In this document: in pieces, positions 1 through 9,717 of the stretch
Layout: the number at the start of each line of letters is the position of its first letter
Numbering within the stretch: the stretch's first letter is position 1
Source: Octopus sinensis
Lineage: Eukaryota
Assembly: GCF_006345805.1 (NCBI RefSeq)
Contig: NW_021823848.1
Span: 1-20,974, forward strand
Direction: 5' to 3'
Length of the DNA: 20,974 nucleotides
Program-made: the position numbers and the translations under genes
The notes under the pieces: model-generated
Databases searched by the model: none
The model's input: the letters and a program-made list of their open reading frames with translations, nothing else
Told to the model about the DNA's origin: nothing

Positions 1-50
1 AGGGCCACTATTTGAAGAAAATAGCTCACTGACTGCGGTATGCCAAGCGT

Positions 51-213
51 GTTGGTGTGTTTACGTCCCCGTAACGTAGCGGTTCGGCAAAATAGTCCGA
101 TAGAATAAGTACCGGTCTGCAAAGATAATAGGTACTGGGGTCGATTCGTTTGACTGAAATCATTCTAAGCGGTGCTCCTGCATGACCACGGTATAACAGC
201 TAAAACAAATGAG
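51..213 (+). mobile_element. SINE family A, 3' half
   Basis: Aligns by eye with 3843-4000 (TTACGTCC.CGTAAC.TAGCGGTTC...GATAGAATAAGTA...GTCGATT...GCGGTGCTCC.GCATG.CCAC) and with the minus-strand copy at 2803-3002. Confidence 0.8.
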
Positions 214-256
214 CATGTGTGTGTATGTAGGTGTGTGCGTGTGTCTCTGTGTTGTT

Positions 257-260
<4 letters not shown>

Positions 261-306
<46 letters not shown>
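261..306. repeat. (TG)n microsatellite
   Basis: Perfect TG run. Confidence 0.98.
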
Positions 307-310
<4 letters not shown>

Positions 311-1732
311 TTTGTGCAGGTGGAACACGATGGTCTAAAACTTTGCTCACAACTGAAATTCTTGGAATTCGAGTCCACGGTATGGCGTCTTCGGAAAATT
401 CTTTTACTACAGCCTCAACTGTGCCCAAAACGTTTAAAACTGGGTGGAGGGGAAGTCTGCGGATTACAAAGGCCCGTTCTTTTCCTCCAATGTGTCAAGT
501 TAACTCTATCTTACCTTTACATTAAGGGTGCACATGTCTGTGGAATTCCCAACCGCATACATGTTACTTTAACGTGTACTTCATATAGTGCGATGAAGTG
601 CGCGTGTATTTGTGTGTTAGGAAAGAATCCTGAACACCCCCACTTGAATAAAGGTGGACTAACCGATAACAATAAATAAGAATTGCGTGAACTGCCAAGG
701 GTGGTTGACAGTATTTTTTTCTGTTCAGTTTAATCATTTTTGATCCCTTTTAGACGTGAGTCGCATTGTTAATTATTTATTGACGATCTTCCATAAGGGT
801 GACCCAAATTGTTGAATTACTGTTGCTGTTTTTTGCCTGTGATTTTATATTTGCTCTCTTCCCCATATTTTATGGAGTCTGAAAGGATGCAAGGCTTAGT
901 AGACCGCGGTGGAATAACTAAGATAATGCAAAATCAAAGAATGCATTATATTTCTCAATGTATTGGGATTTCCAAGGATAAGGATAATTTTCTAGGAAAT
1001 CTAAAAATAGTTTAAAATGAACAAGAACACCGTTATTCTAAGATAGAAACTCTGGCATTAATATTGTACTGAGTTTGTTTGCATATGATCCTTCTCCCCA
1101 AAAATACGTGAAAATGTTTGACTATGCAGGGAATCGATATTGAATGAAACTTTTTAACTTTATGCAAACGCCATTTTAGCTTCATCGATGTTACGTACGC
1201 TATGTCAATGGTGAATAATGCCACAAAGGTTTCTAGCTTGTCATAGACTGTGAACCGGTTTTTACCATTTATATAGAAGTAACCTCTATCATTTTTCAAC
1301 ATCTTTTTTCTTTTTATTTCTATAGAGTTGAAGTAGCAAAATACATTTTTATCAAGAAACCTGAAAAAATATATCTCTAGTTTAAAATATAATAGTAAAA
1401 TGATTAAAAAATATACAATTTATCGTAACTTCTTTTATATGTAAATTAAAATGGCGTGAATTTAGTTCACACATAAAAAGCAAGAACATGAAAATTTATT
1501 TTTTGCTCACAGATATAATTCAGCAATGAATGAACTTACGAAAAGCAAGCAGCCGACAAAAGCCGACATAATGGGTTTTAAATTTTATTACAAGAATAGC
1601 AATTTTGAAGGAGAAGGTAAATGGATTATATCGACCAAAATGATCAAATGATATTTATCTCATCCACCTCGTAAGAATGAAAGGCAACAACAACAACAAC
1701 AAAAACCGCAAAGGCAACTGCAACGATAATAA

Positions 1733-1944
1733 TAACCCTTTCAATTATAGGCAGAAATCCTGAAATTTGGAGAGGGGGATACTCAATTAAATTGACCCCA
1801 GTACTCGGCTGGTACTTAAATTATCGACTCTGTAAGGATAAATGGCAAAGCTGACTTCGGCGGAATTTGAACTCAGAACGTAAAGACATACGAGATGCTG
1901 CTCAGCATTTTGTCCGGCTTGTTAACGATTCTGCCATATCGCCT
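1733..1944 (-). mobile_element. tRNA-derived SINE family B, near full length
   Basis: Minus strand shows a B-box GAGTTCAAATTCC (1862-1874) and a tRNA-like head; the body matches the copies at 12502-13298 and 19735-19936. Confidence 0.85.
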
Positions 1945-1965
1945 GTTATTGTATATGATGATATT

Positions 1966-2024
1966 AAGAACAATAACAACAACAACACAGCAACAACTAC
2001 AGTAACGTCAATAATGATAATAGC

Positions 2025-2059
<35 letters not shown>

Positions 2060-2069
2060 TAATAATAAC

Positions 2070-2131
<62 letters not shown>

Positions 2132-2163
2132 CAATAATAATAACAATAATAAACAATAATAAA
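1966..2163. repeat. (AAC)n/(AAT)n trinucleotide array
   Basis: Direct observation; source of the poly-Ile/poly-Tyr ORFs. Confidence 0.97.
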
Positions 2164-2716
2164 TGCCCTGATGCAGTACCAGGCAGTGGCTCTCATGGCT
2201 TCTGATCTTAACTGATTGGAAGTGTTATCATGTACATTGTTTTGTCTTGTATAAAAGATGGGCTACAGCAAATATTCTGCTCAATACCACAGATTTGCTT
2301 GTCAGTTGTTTGGCCTTAACCAGTTGAGCATGTCCCTTAGTGGCTGACGATATGTGCATCTCTGATCACGAGCAGAAGTAGTGTGGGGAGCATCATGGCC
2401 ATGTGTTGAGAGGGATTCTTTGGGGTTTGAATAATTCACCTCTGGAAACATAGGTGTTCGTTCAACATCCTAAAGCAACCCTTATTCAGGGACCTTTTGA
2501 GAGGATGGGCTACTCAACCTGAAGAAAATTCTAACTGGGCCCCGCCTGCAAGGTCATGTGCTGTTTATCTTGATATGAGATCACCATGTCGCGCACATAT
2601 GGTTGTGATGCATGTGCCTGGTGTACCTTTATCAGACGGGTAGTCATGATGGGTATATTGGGCTTCGTATATTTTACCCCAGTGTCACTTTGATGGCATG
2701 AACTGCTCTCTCACAC
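2164..2716 (+). mobile_element. ~553-bp non-coding dispersed element embedded in (AAT)n, longest copy
   Basis: Its right portion is nearly identical to 3073-3179 and 16703-16981; flanked on both sides by AAT arrays; no long ORF. Sense strand is inferred from the truncation pattern. Confidence 0.85.
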
Positions 2717-2777
<61 letters not shown>

Positions 2778-2802
2778 TAAAAATAAGTATAATAATAATA
2801 AT
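2717..2802. repeat. (AAT)n array
   Basis: Direct observation. Confidence 0.95.
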
Positions 2803-3002
2803 CTTTTATTGTTTTACTTGTTTCAGTCATTTGAATGCGGCCAGGCTGGAGCACAACCTTTAGTCTAGGAAATCGACCCCAGGACTTATTCTTTGTAAGC
2901 TTAGTACTTATTTTATCGGTCTCTTCTGCCGAACCGCTATCTTACGGGGACGTAAACACACTAGCATCGGTTGTTAAGGGATGTTGGGGGAAAACACAGA
3001 TA
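2803..3002 (-). mobile_element. SINE family A, 3' half, inverted
   Basis: Reverse complement reads ...GTTTACGTCCCCGTAAGATAGCGGTTCGGC...AAGAATAAGTCCTGGGGTCGATTT...GTGCTCCAGCCTGGCCGCATTCAAATGACTGAAACAAGTAAAA and matches 3798-4010. Confidence 0.9.
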
Positions 3003-3072
3003 CCAATGCACCTAGTGATGATCATAATAATAACAATAATAATAATAATAATAATAATAGTGTTGACCCCAG

Positions 3073-3179
3073 GCATGTGCCTAGTGTGCTCTTATCAGAC
3101 GAGTAGTCATGATGGGTATACTGGGCTTCGTATATTTTACCCCAGTGTCACTTTGATGGCATGCACTGCTCTCTCACTC
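3073..3179 (+). mobile_element. 107-bp truncated copy of the AAT-associated element
   Basis: Matches 2610-2716; AAT arrays at 3020-3058 and 3180-3268. Confidence 0.9.
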
Positions 3180-3242
<63 letters not shown>

Positions 3243-3266
3243 TAGATAATAATAATAATAATTAGA

Positions 3267-3392
3267 TAATGGTTTCAAATTTTGGTACACAGCTGGCAAG
3301 TTCGACAGAGTGGATAAGTCAAATTTTACTGAGATTGACCATTACTTTTCATCCTTTCAAGATCGATTAAACAAGTTCCATTTGCGATATAA
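3267..3392. mobile_element. Degenerate SINE family B remnants (tail on minus ~3267-3325; body on plus ~3330-3392)
   Basis: AATGGTTTCAAATTTTGG resembles 12719-12740; CTTTTCATCCTTTCAAGATCGAT resembles the family B sense body. Confidence 0.45.
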
Positions 3393-3632
3393 TCGATTTA
3401 CTCACTATCCTACAATTGCCAACTTTCTGCCAAAATCAGGAATATTAATATGATGATTTTTTTAGTACTATATGGAGTGTGGCGAACAGGATGACAAAGT
3501 TGTATTATAGGACATATTACAAGGTGTATTATAGGACATATTTGGCTGTTAATTCTTGTAGGTCGAGAGCCGGATTAGAAGTAGCCATCTTGGATGAATA
3601 TGGTTTATGTTTTATAAATTCTGTTGGCTAAC

Positions 3633-4020
3633 AGGCGTAGGAGTGACTGTGTATCAAGTAGCTTGCTTACGAACCACATGGTTCCGGGTTCAGTCCCACG
3701 GGTCAACCAAAGGATTGTGAGTGGGTTTGGTAGACGGAAACTGAAAGAGGCTCGTGGTATATATGTATATATATGTATGTGTGTGTATATGTTTGTGTAT
3801 CTGTGTTTGTCCCCCCCCCCCCCAACATTGCTTGACAACCGATGCTGGTGTTCTTACGTCCTCGTAACTTAGCGGTTCAGCATAATGAGAAGATAGAATA
3901 AGTAATAAGCTTACAAAGAATAAGTCCTGGAGTCGATTTGGTCGGCTAAATGCGGTGCTCCAGCATGGCCACAGTCACATGTCTGAAACAAGTAAAAGAG
4001 TAAAAAAGAGTAAAGAGAGT
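3633..4020 (+). mobile_element. tRNA-derived SINE family A, near full length
   Basis: B-box-like GGGTTCAGTCCC (3686-3697), internal (AT)/(GT) stretch, conserved 3' half, and GTAAAAGA-type terminal repeats (3992-4020). It lacks ~45 nt that are present in the 10980-11145 copy. Confidence 0.9.
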
Positions 4021-4079
4021 ATTGACACGAACTGGAACAGTCGATAGAACAGGAAATGCGATGATTTACAGAAATTAAT

Positions 4080-4165
4080 CCGGGAATATGACTTTAAATC
4101 CCAAGGTTGGATTTGTCTTTCATTTTCAAGGATCGATAACAAAACCCAAATCAAGTCCTGGGGTA
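4080..4165 (+). mobile_element. Degenerate SINE family B body
   Basis: TTTGTCTTTCATTTTCAAGGATCGATAA...CTGGGGT resembles the reverse complement of 13141-13200. Confidence 0.45.
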
Positions 4166-4559
4166 CGTTTCTCTGTTCTGAGTTTCTTTCTTCTACATAG
4201 AAGGGCGAACTAAAAAGCGTTCTCACGGCCGCCCTTCCAGTCCCTCCAAACCTTTGCTGTTAAACAATAAAGACGTTAGTCGTACTACTTAGACTTTGCC
4301 AACATATGTGTATGAGTGTAAGCCTAGTTAAGTGTGCGCATGCGTGAAATTACGTGTGTGACTTTAAGTACGTATTTATATATTATAAATGTTACTCATT
4401 GTATATGTATAAATATATGGGTCTTCTATGTGTTTGGCAATGTATATCAAGGCGTGTGTGTGTGTGTGTGCGTGATATATGTGATGTAAGTTATATGACG
4501 CAATGCATATAAATTTAAGCATCAAAAGAATATATTTAAACGTAATGTTAAAACATTCA

Positions 4560-5128
4560 TGATTAATGCGTGTAAACCAGTACTGCGACATGAGTGTAAT
4601 AAAGTTTTTGATGCTGATATATATATATATGTGTCTGTATGTGAGGTGTGTATGTATATATATATAGTAATGTAAGTACGTATCTATAAATGTGCGCATT
4701 ACATATATATGTCAACATATATGTGTACATGCTTATATTGACGTACACATACACATTTGTAAGTATAGAAAGGGTATACATCCTCAGATATGCACAGTAA
4801 TGTATGTGTGCAGAATATACACATACATACACACATGCATGCATGTATTTATGTATTTATGTATGTATACATATATTTTAAAAAAGAATGACTCATACAA
4901 AACTAGTCTACTTTCCTTCTCCAGAGAATTTCGGTCATACACAACTAACACAAGCATATATATATATATATCAACATACATATATAAAAAATATTTACAT
5001 ATATGTATATGTGTGTGTATATATATAGATATACACACACATATATATCTATACACATACATATATATGTGTATATGTGTATATCTATCTATCTATCTAT
5101 CTATATATATATATATATATATTATATG

Positions 5129-5159
<31 letters not shown>

Positions 5160-5217
5160 GTATATATGTATATATATATATATATCATATATATATTACA
5201 CACATATACATAATATA

Positions 5218-5250
<33 letters not shown>

Positions 5251-5462
5251 ATATACATATAAAATTATAATTAAATATGATTATTCCTTTATATACCTAT
5301 ATATGTGTATGTATAGGCGTATACATGCTTACATATATTTATGCATATACACACACACACATATATACATACATATATATATATATATATACACATATAT
5401 ATATATATACATATATATATATACATATATATATATACATATATATATGTATGTGTGTGTGC

Positions 5463-5497
<35 letters not shown>

Positions 5498-5690
5498 ATG
5501 TATATATATATATATATAAATGTATATATATATATGCATATATATATATGTGTGTGTGTGTGTGTGGTGTATGTATATATATATATAGATATATATATAT
5601 ATATATATTATAGATATATATATTATATATATATATATATGTATGCATATATACATATATAGTTTATTTCATAAATTCATACATATATGG
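4560..5690. repeat. Long degenerate (AT)n/(AC)n/(ATAC)n low-complexity tract
   Basis: Direct observation; produces the YIYI/HTHT ORFs. Confidence 0.95.
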
Positions 5691-5838
5691 GTAGGAATTT
5701 TTTAAGAGGATTGGTTGAACACTTTGTCAAGTGCTGAACTAAGGTGATAAATTAACGAACACAATAATGGTGGCATAAGGCTAAAATATATATTGTAATG
5801 TATCACTGTATCAAACGGCAGAGAGACGGTGGGCGAGT

Positions 5839-5937
<99 letters not shown>
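5839..5937. repeat. (GATA)n tetranucleotide array
   Basis: Perfect run of roughly 24 units. Confidence 0.98.
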
Positions 5938-6398
5938 CAACACAGAATTTGAGAGAGCTGACGAGAAAGGCGAAGCATGAAATACAGTCTCAAATTTCTA
6001 TACGCCTTTCATGTATAGATTACTCATATATATAAAACGGACACTGTTTTACAAAAGACAGTAGACCGTTGTAAAATATGTTATATAACATATTTTGTAT
6101 TGAGATATGAGGCATTGTTTTTGGCATTGTTGTTGCAGGTGTTGTTCTTGTTGTTTTGCTGTAGTCAACTTTTGATCCCGTACCATGCAGATCAAAACCC
6201 TCCCCACCTTAAACATGCTGTTTTCATTTTATCTCTTCAAAAGCCCAGGTCCATACTACTCAATTTTTGAAACACAGTGCGTTATTTTCATTGTTTTCTA
6301 CATCAAATATATATTTAGTATATATTTGATATGAATTGAATTGAACTAGTTTCAGCTCATGAGCTGTGGCCATGCAGGGGCACCGCCATTTGGTATTG

Positions 6399-7708
6399 CT
6401 ACATAATTTTTACCTCACTAATTCTTTTTAGAAATTGACATTTGGTGCATGAGGGAGTTTTTGACACTGTTTCTTTCATTTGCACTTCCTGCAGTGAAGC
6501 TGGTTCATCTGGGACTTTTGACATTTTAAGTTTTGTTTTCAAGACATCTACATCTACCCCATACAGGTCTCTCAGATCTCTCGGGAGGATATTGAAGAGC
6601 TCTGGGCCTTTAAAGTCCAGGCTATTGCAATATCTTGTCCTATATTTTAATGGCAAAGTTGGAGTCATTAGCACTATTCAGTGGCGCCCTTTTCTAGCGT
6701 TAATGTAACTCTCAATGCTAAATTTTGGGACAAGTCCCTCCAGGGTCTTCCAGATGTATATTACAGCCTTGTTTTCCGCCTACGCTCTAAGCAATAGAGT
6801 CTCAATCTCTTGAGTCTTTCCCAATAACTTATACGCTGCATACAGGCTAACTTTTTCATATTTCTTAAGTTCTGCAATTAATTTTGCATCGGTTGGTGAC
6901 CATACCCGGGAGTAATTGTCAAAGCAGCTTGGGAGAAATATCTTCCAGAGGACCAGCATGGTTTCCTAATTTCTCGTTTTAAAAGTTATAAGAATCCATC
7001 AGCCGCCAGCATTTCATTGCCAACTTAACAACTTTCACATGGAAGGATGCATCATTACTCATATAAATGCCCAAGCCTCGCACTGACTGTCTCTGGGATT
7101 GCAATCCCTCCAGGTCCAGTATATTTAATTAGTATTGGATTTAGTTTTTCATGCTGATAGCATAGGGCTTGAAACTTTTCAGCATTAAACTCCATCCTGT
7201 TCTTCTCAGCCCTCTTGTGTATTTCATCTAACTTACGTTGCAGGTGCATGGCGACTTCAGGGTTTTGTATCACTTGTGAGACTTTTGTATCATCTGCATA
7301 ACTCGTGATCGTGGCTCTCTCTGTGTTTGCGGGCATATCTAATCAGGCCATTATGAGCAGGAGTGGTCCCAAAACAGTGAGTCGCAGAACACCACTCACT
7401 ATTTGCGTATCATTGGCTACTACTGCTTGACTTCTATCTTTCAGAGTCATGGAGCCATTCTCCCAAATTTTCCGACCATGCCGAGATCACGCATTTTGTG
7501 ACATATCATTCCATGATCGACTTTATCGAAAGCCTTTACGAAGTCGAGATATATGGCATCCATATTTGAGTGGTGGAGCAACGGTTTCAACACCCAGTCA
7601 TAGTGTAGTAAGAACTGAGTCTGGCAGCTTTTTTTTGGTTGGAAACCATGCTGGGTGTCAGTCAGCAAATCATTTTCCTCAAAGAAGGTGATTAGCTTTA
7701 TTCTGACT
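6399..7708 (-). pseudogene. LINE ORF2 reverse transcriptase and C-terminus, frameshifted
   Basis: QHGFQPKKSCQTQ, IYLDFVKAFDKVDH, SGV...TVLGPLL, YADDTK and NSLDFKGPELFNILP across several frames with stops. Confidence 0.92.
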
Positions 7709-7846
7709 AGAAGGTTTTTGGTTTAAATAGCCTATCGCCCAGGTTTCTTTGTCTGCTCTTTCTTTTTCATGGGAGAGTTGCAATTGTTTTTCAATCTCCA
7801 GCAGTTGTATTTTCAGGCCGGATTTCAATTTGTTTGTTAGGCGATT

Positions 7847-8728
7847 TTAAATTTTTGTACGCCGTCTAATAAGAACTTTCCTCTCCCTGGGGATTTTGTC
7901 CTTGTGTACAGTGGCCTTTCTCTCCAGGTCACATTTGTAGCGTATGAGTTGCATTAAAGACATGAATTGAAGTTTCATATCGGTGTCCGGTGAGACATTA
8001 GGCCAGTTTTGTTTAAGGATCGCTTTCTCAATTTGTTTCCAGTTTGCCGTTTGGAAATTCAAACAGGAAAGGTTTTGTGAGTTTCTTGTAGGCTGCGTGT
8101 CCATGGCTTTCTTTGATCCGTACATAGTCAGCTCTACCATATGGTAGTCCGAGAGTAGCGTCGGTGTCACTTTCACATTATGGATGAGATCTATATTATT
8201 TGTGATGCAGAGAGCCAGTATATTATCTGCCCTGGTTGGAGTACTATTTGTTCCATGTACAAAGTGATGATGAGGTTCAGGAAGGCCTTCGCTCATCCTT
8301 GTTTGCAACGTTCCTGAGTGCGAAAGGCCCTCAAGCCATCCGACATTGAGAAGATTGAAGTCTCCTATAAGTACACTTATGTATTGTTTTAGTGTCACTA
8401 GAACTTCTATATTTGTAAGGTGATCTTCAAACTTGTCCACGTGATTCGGAGCGGTCTTATATGTACAATTAGTGTCAGATACTGAATCTGAGTGTGACAA
8501 AAGGAACTGGGGCGTGAGATCTTTGATCTTTGCGGATATATACAGCAACTCTACCGTGACTCCTGTCATACTGTGGTATATGTATTTCTGCATTTGCTGT
8601 ATCCTGTCTGAGGTGCGTTTCCGTAAGGCTTGATTGCATGGAACACGGTATTGCAGGAAATGAATTTTAGTCTTGTTACTAAGTGTCAGCAGTTCTTTGG
8701 TGTTCTGATATTCAGCAAGAGCACCCAT
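7847..8728 (-). pseudogene. LINE ORF2 apurinic-like endonuclease domain and linker
   Basis: Motifs IGDFN, PTR.DNILAL, LSDYH and FQTANW in the 293-aa ORF. Confidence 0.9.
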
Positions 8729-8752
8729 GTGATGTTTGTGTTGTTGAAGTAA

Positions 8753-8771
8753 GTGTATGTATGTATGTATG

Positions 8772-8816
<45 letters not shown>

Positions 8817-8870
8817 CTATACTATATATATATATATGTATAATAATAATATATAGATATATATATATAG

Positions 8871-8902
<32 letters not shown>

Positions 8903-8925
8903 GATATATATATATATATATACGA
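8753..8925. repeat. (ATGT)n/(AT)n tract
   Basis: Direct observation. Confidence 0.95.
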
Positions 8926-9385
8926 GAATAAACCTACATTATATAGTACACTGTTTTTTCGCTCGTATATGAGCTAATGATTAATAAAATTTGGTATAAG
9001 ATAAATATTTCAGATATTTATCTTAATCATTCAGACAGGCAATTTCATAATTCAGATGTATGACATGAGATGTTATTCCATTCAAATAATCACGTATTTT
9101 ATATTAAGATATAGATGATAAGAACATAGAAATATAAGAATATAAACATAAAAAATAAAAAACATAAAAATTATATAAGGAGTATCTTGAAAGTAGAAAA
9201 TATAGTTAGAATAGATTAAAGGAGGTGATTGAAAGAATCAGTCCAAACGTACAGCCGTTTCAGGAAAGTTTTAAAGGGCTGTGGGGATTAATCCAAATTC
9301 AATTCCATGTATAAAATTTATATATATATATAATCAATGACATTCCAACATTGTCTATCTGATTTTCACGTTTTATTATTTACTC

Positions 9386-9680
9386 GGGCGTATGGCGTAA
9401 TGGTTAAAAGCGCGGGCTACAAACTCCAAGATTCCGAGTTCGATTCCAGGCAGTGACCTGAATACCACTACTATTAATAATAATAATAATAATAACATCG
9501 AAAAATACCTGAGGAATGAGAACCCTGGTTCAAAGTTTCCCCAAGACACCTGATGAAGGCTGGAGGGTATATCAGCAGAAATATTGTGTTAACAACAAAC
9601 AAGATGAGGACAAATAATCGTCAAATGTAAATAATGTAAATAATGTACATAATTCCTCATCTCATAGATAGAGAACTGAA
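9386..9680 (+). mobile_element. tRNA-headed SINE-like element (family D) with internal (AAT)n and hammerhead motif
   Basis: A-box TGGCGTAATGG (9393-9403), B-box GAGTTCGATTCC (9436-9447), (AAT)n 9476-9495, and TGTAAATAA tandem units at 9626-9652. Only one copy lies in the window, so the 3' boundary is approximate. Confidence 0.75.
9545..9590 (+). ncRNA. Minimal type-I hammerhead ribozyme motif
   Basis: GACAC-CTGATGA-A-GGCTG-gagggtatat-CAGCA-GAAA-TA-TT-GTGTT: 5-bp stem I, full core, 4-bp stem II with a G.A mismatch at its base, and palindromic AATATT in place of stem III. Confidence 0.7.
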
Positions 9681-9717
9681 TTTTTACAATATAATAGAAT
9701 ATTATATATTTATCGTG

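Larger units (their letters stand above)
6333..8735 (-). mobile_element. Decayed CR1/L2-type non-LTR retrotransposon (ORF2 plus 3' UTR; no ORF1 seen)
   Basis: APE endonuclease, RT and C-terminal motifs occur in the correct order, followed by a 3' hairpin and a short (TTCAA)n tail at 6333-6346. Confidence 0.92.

Noticed and set aside
300-575. Possible very old SINE remnants
   Set aside because: Similarity to in-window copies is too weak to support coordinates.
809-1302. Short ORFs 809-1015 and 1033-1302, and a nearby LFIDDLP string
   Set aside because: No convincing domain or flanking motifs.
5950-6000. CTGACGA...GAAA...GTC hammerhead-like string
   Set aside because: No stem II pairing, and stem I is out of register by several nucleotides.
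9240-9300. GAAACGGCTGTA on minus, reminiscent of a Penelope-type repeat end
   Set aside because: No CUGANGA upstream and only a 6-bp inverted repeat; cannot be supported from this window.
9386-9460. Functional tRNA gene
   Set aside because: A and B boxes are present, but I could not form a full cloverleaf or acceptor stem, and it runs into a repeat body; treated as a SINE head.
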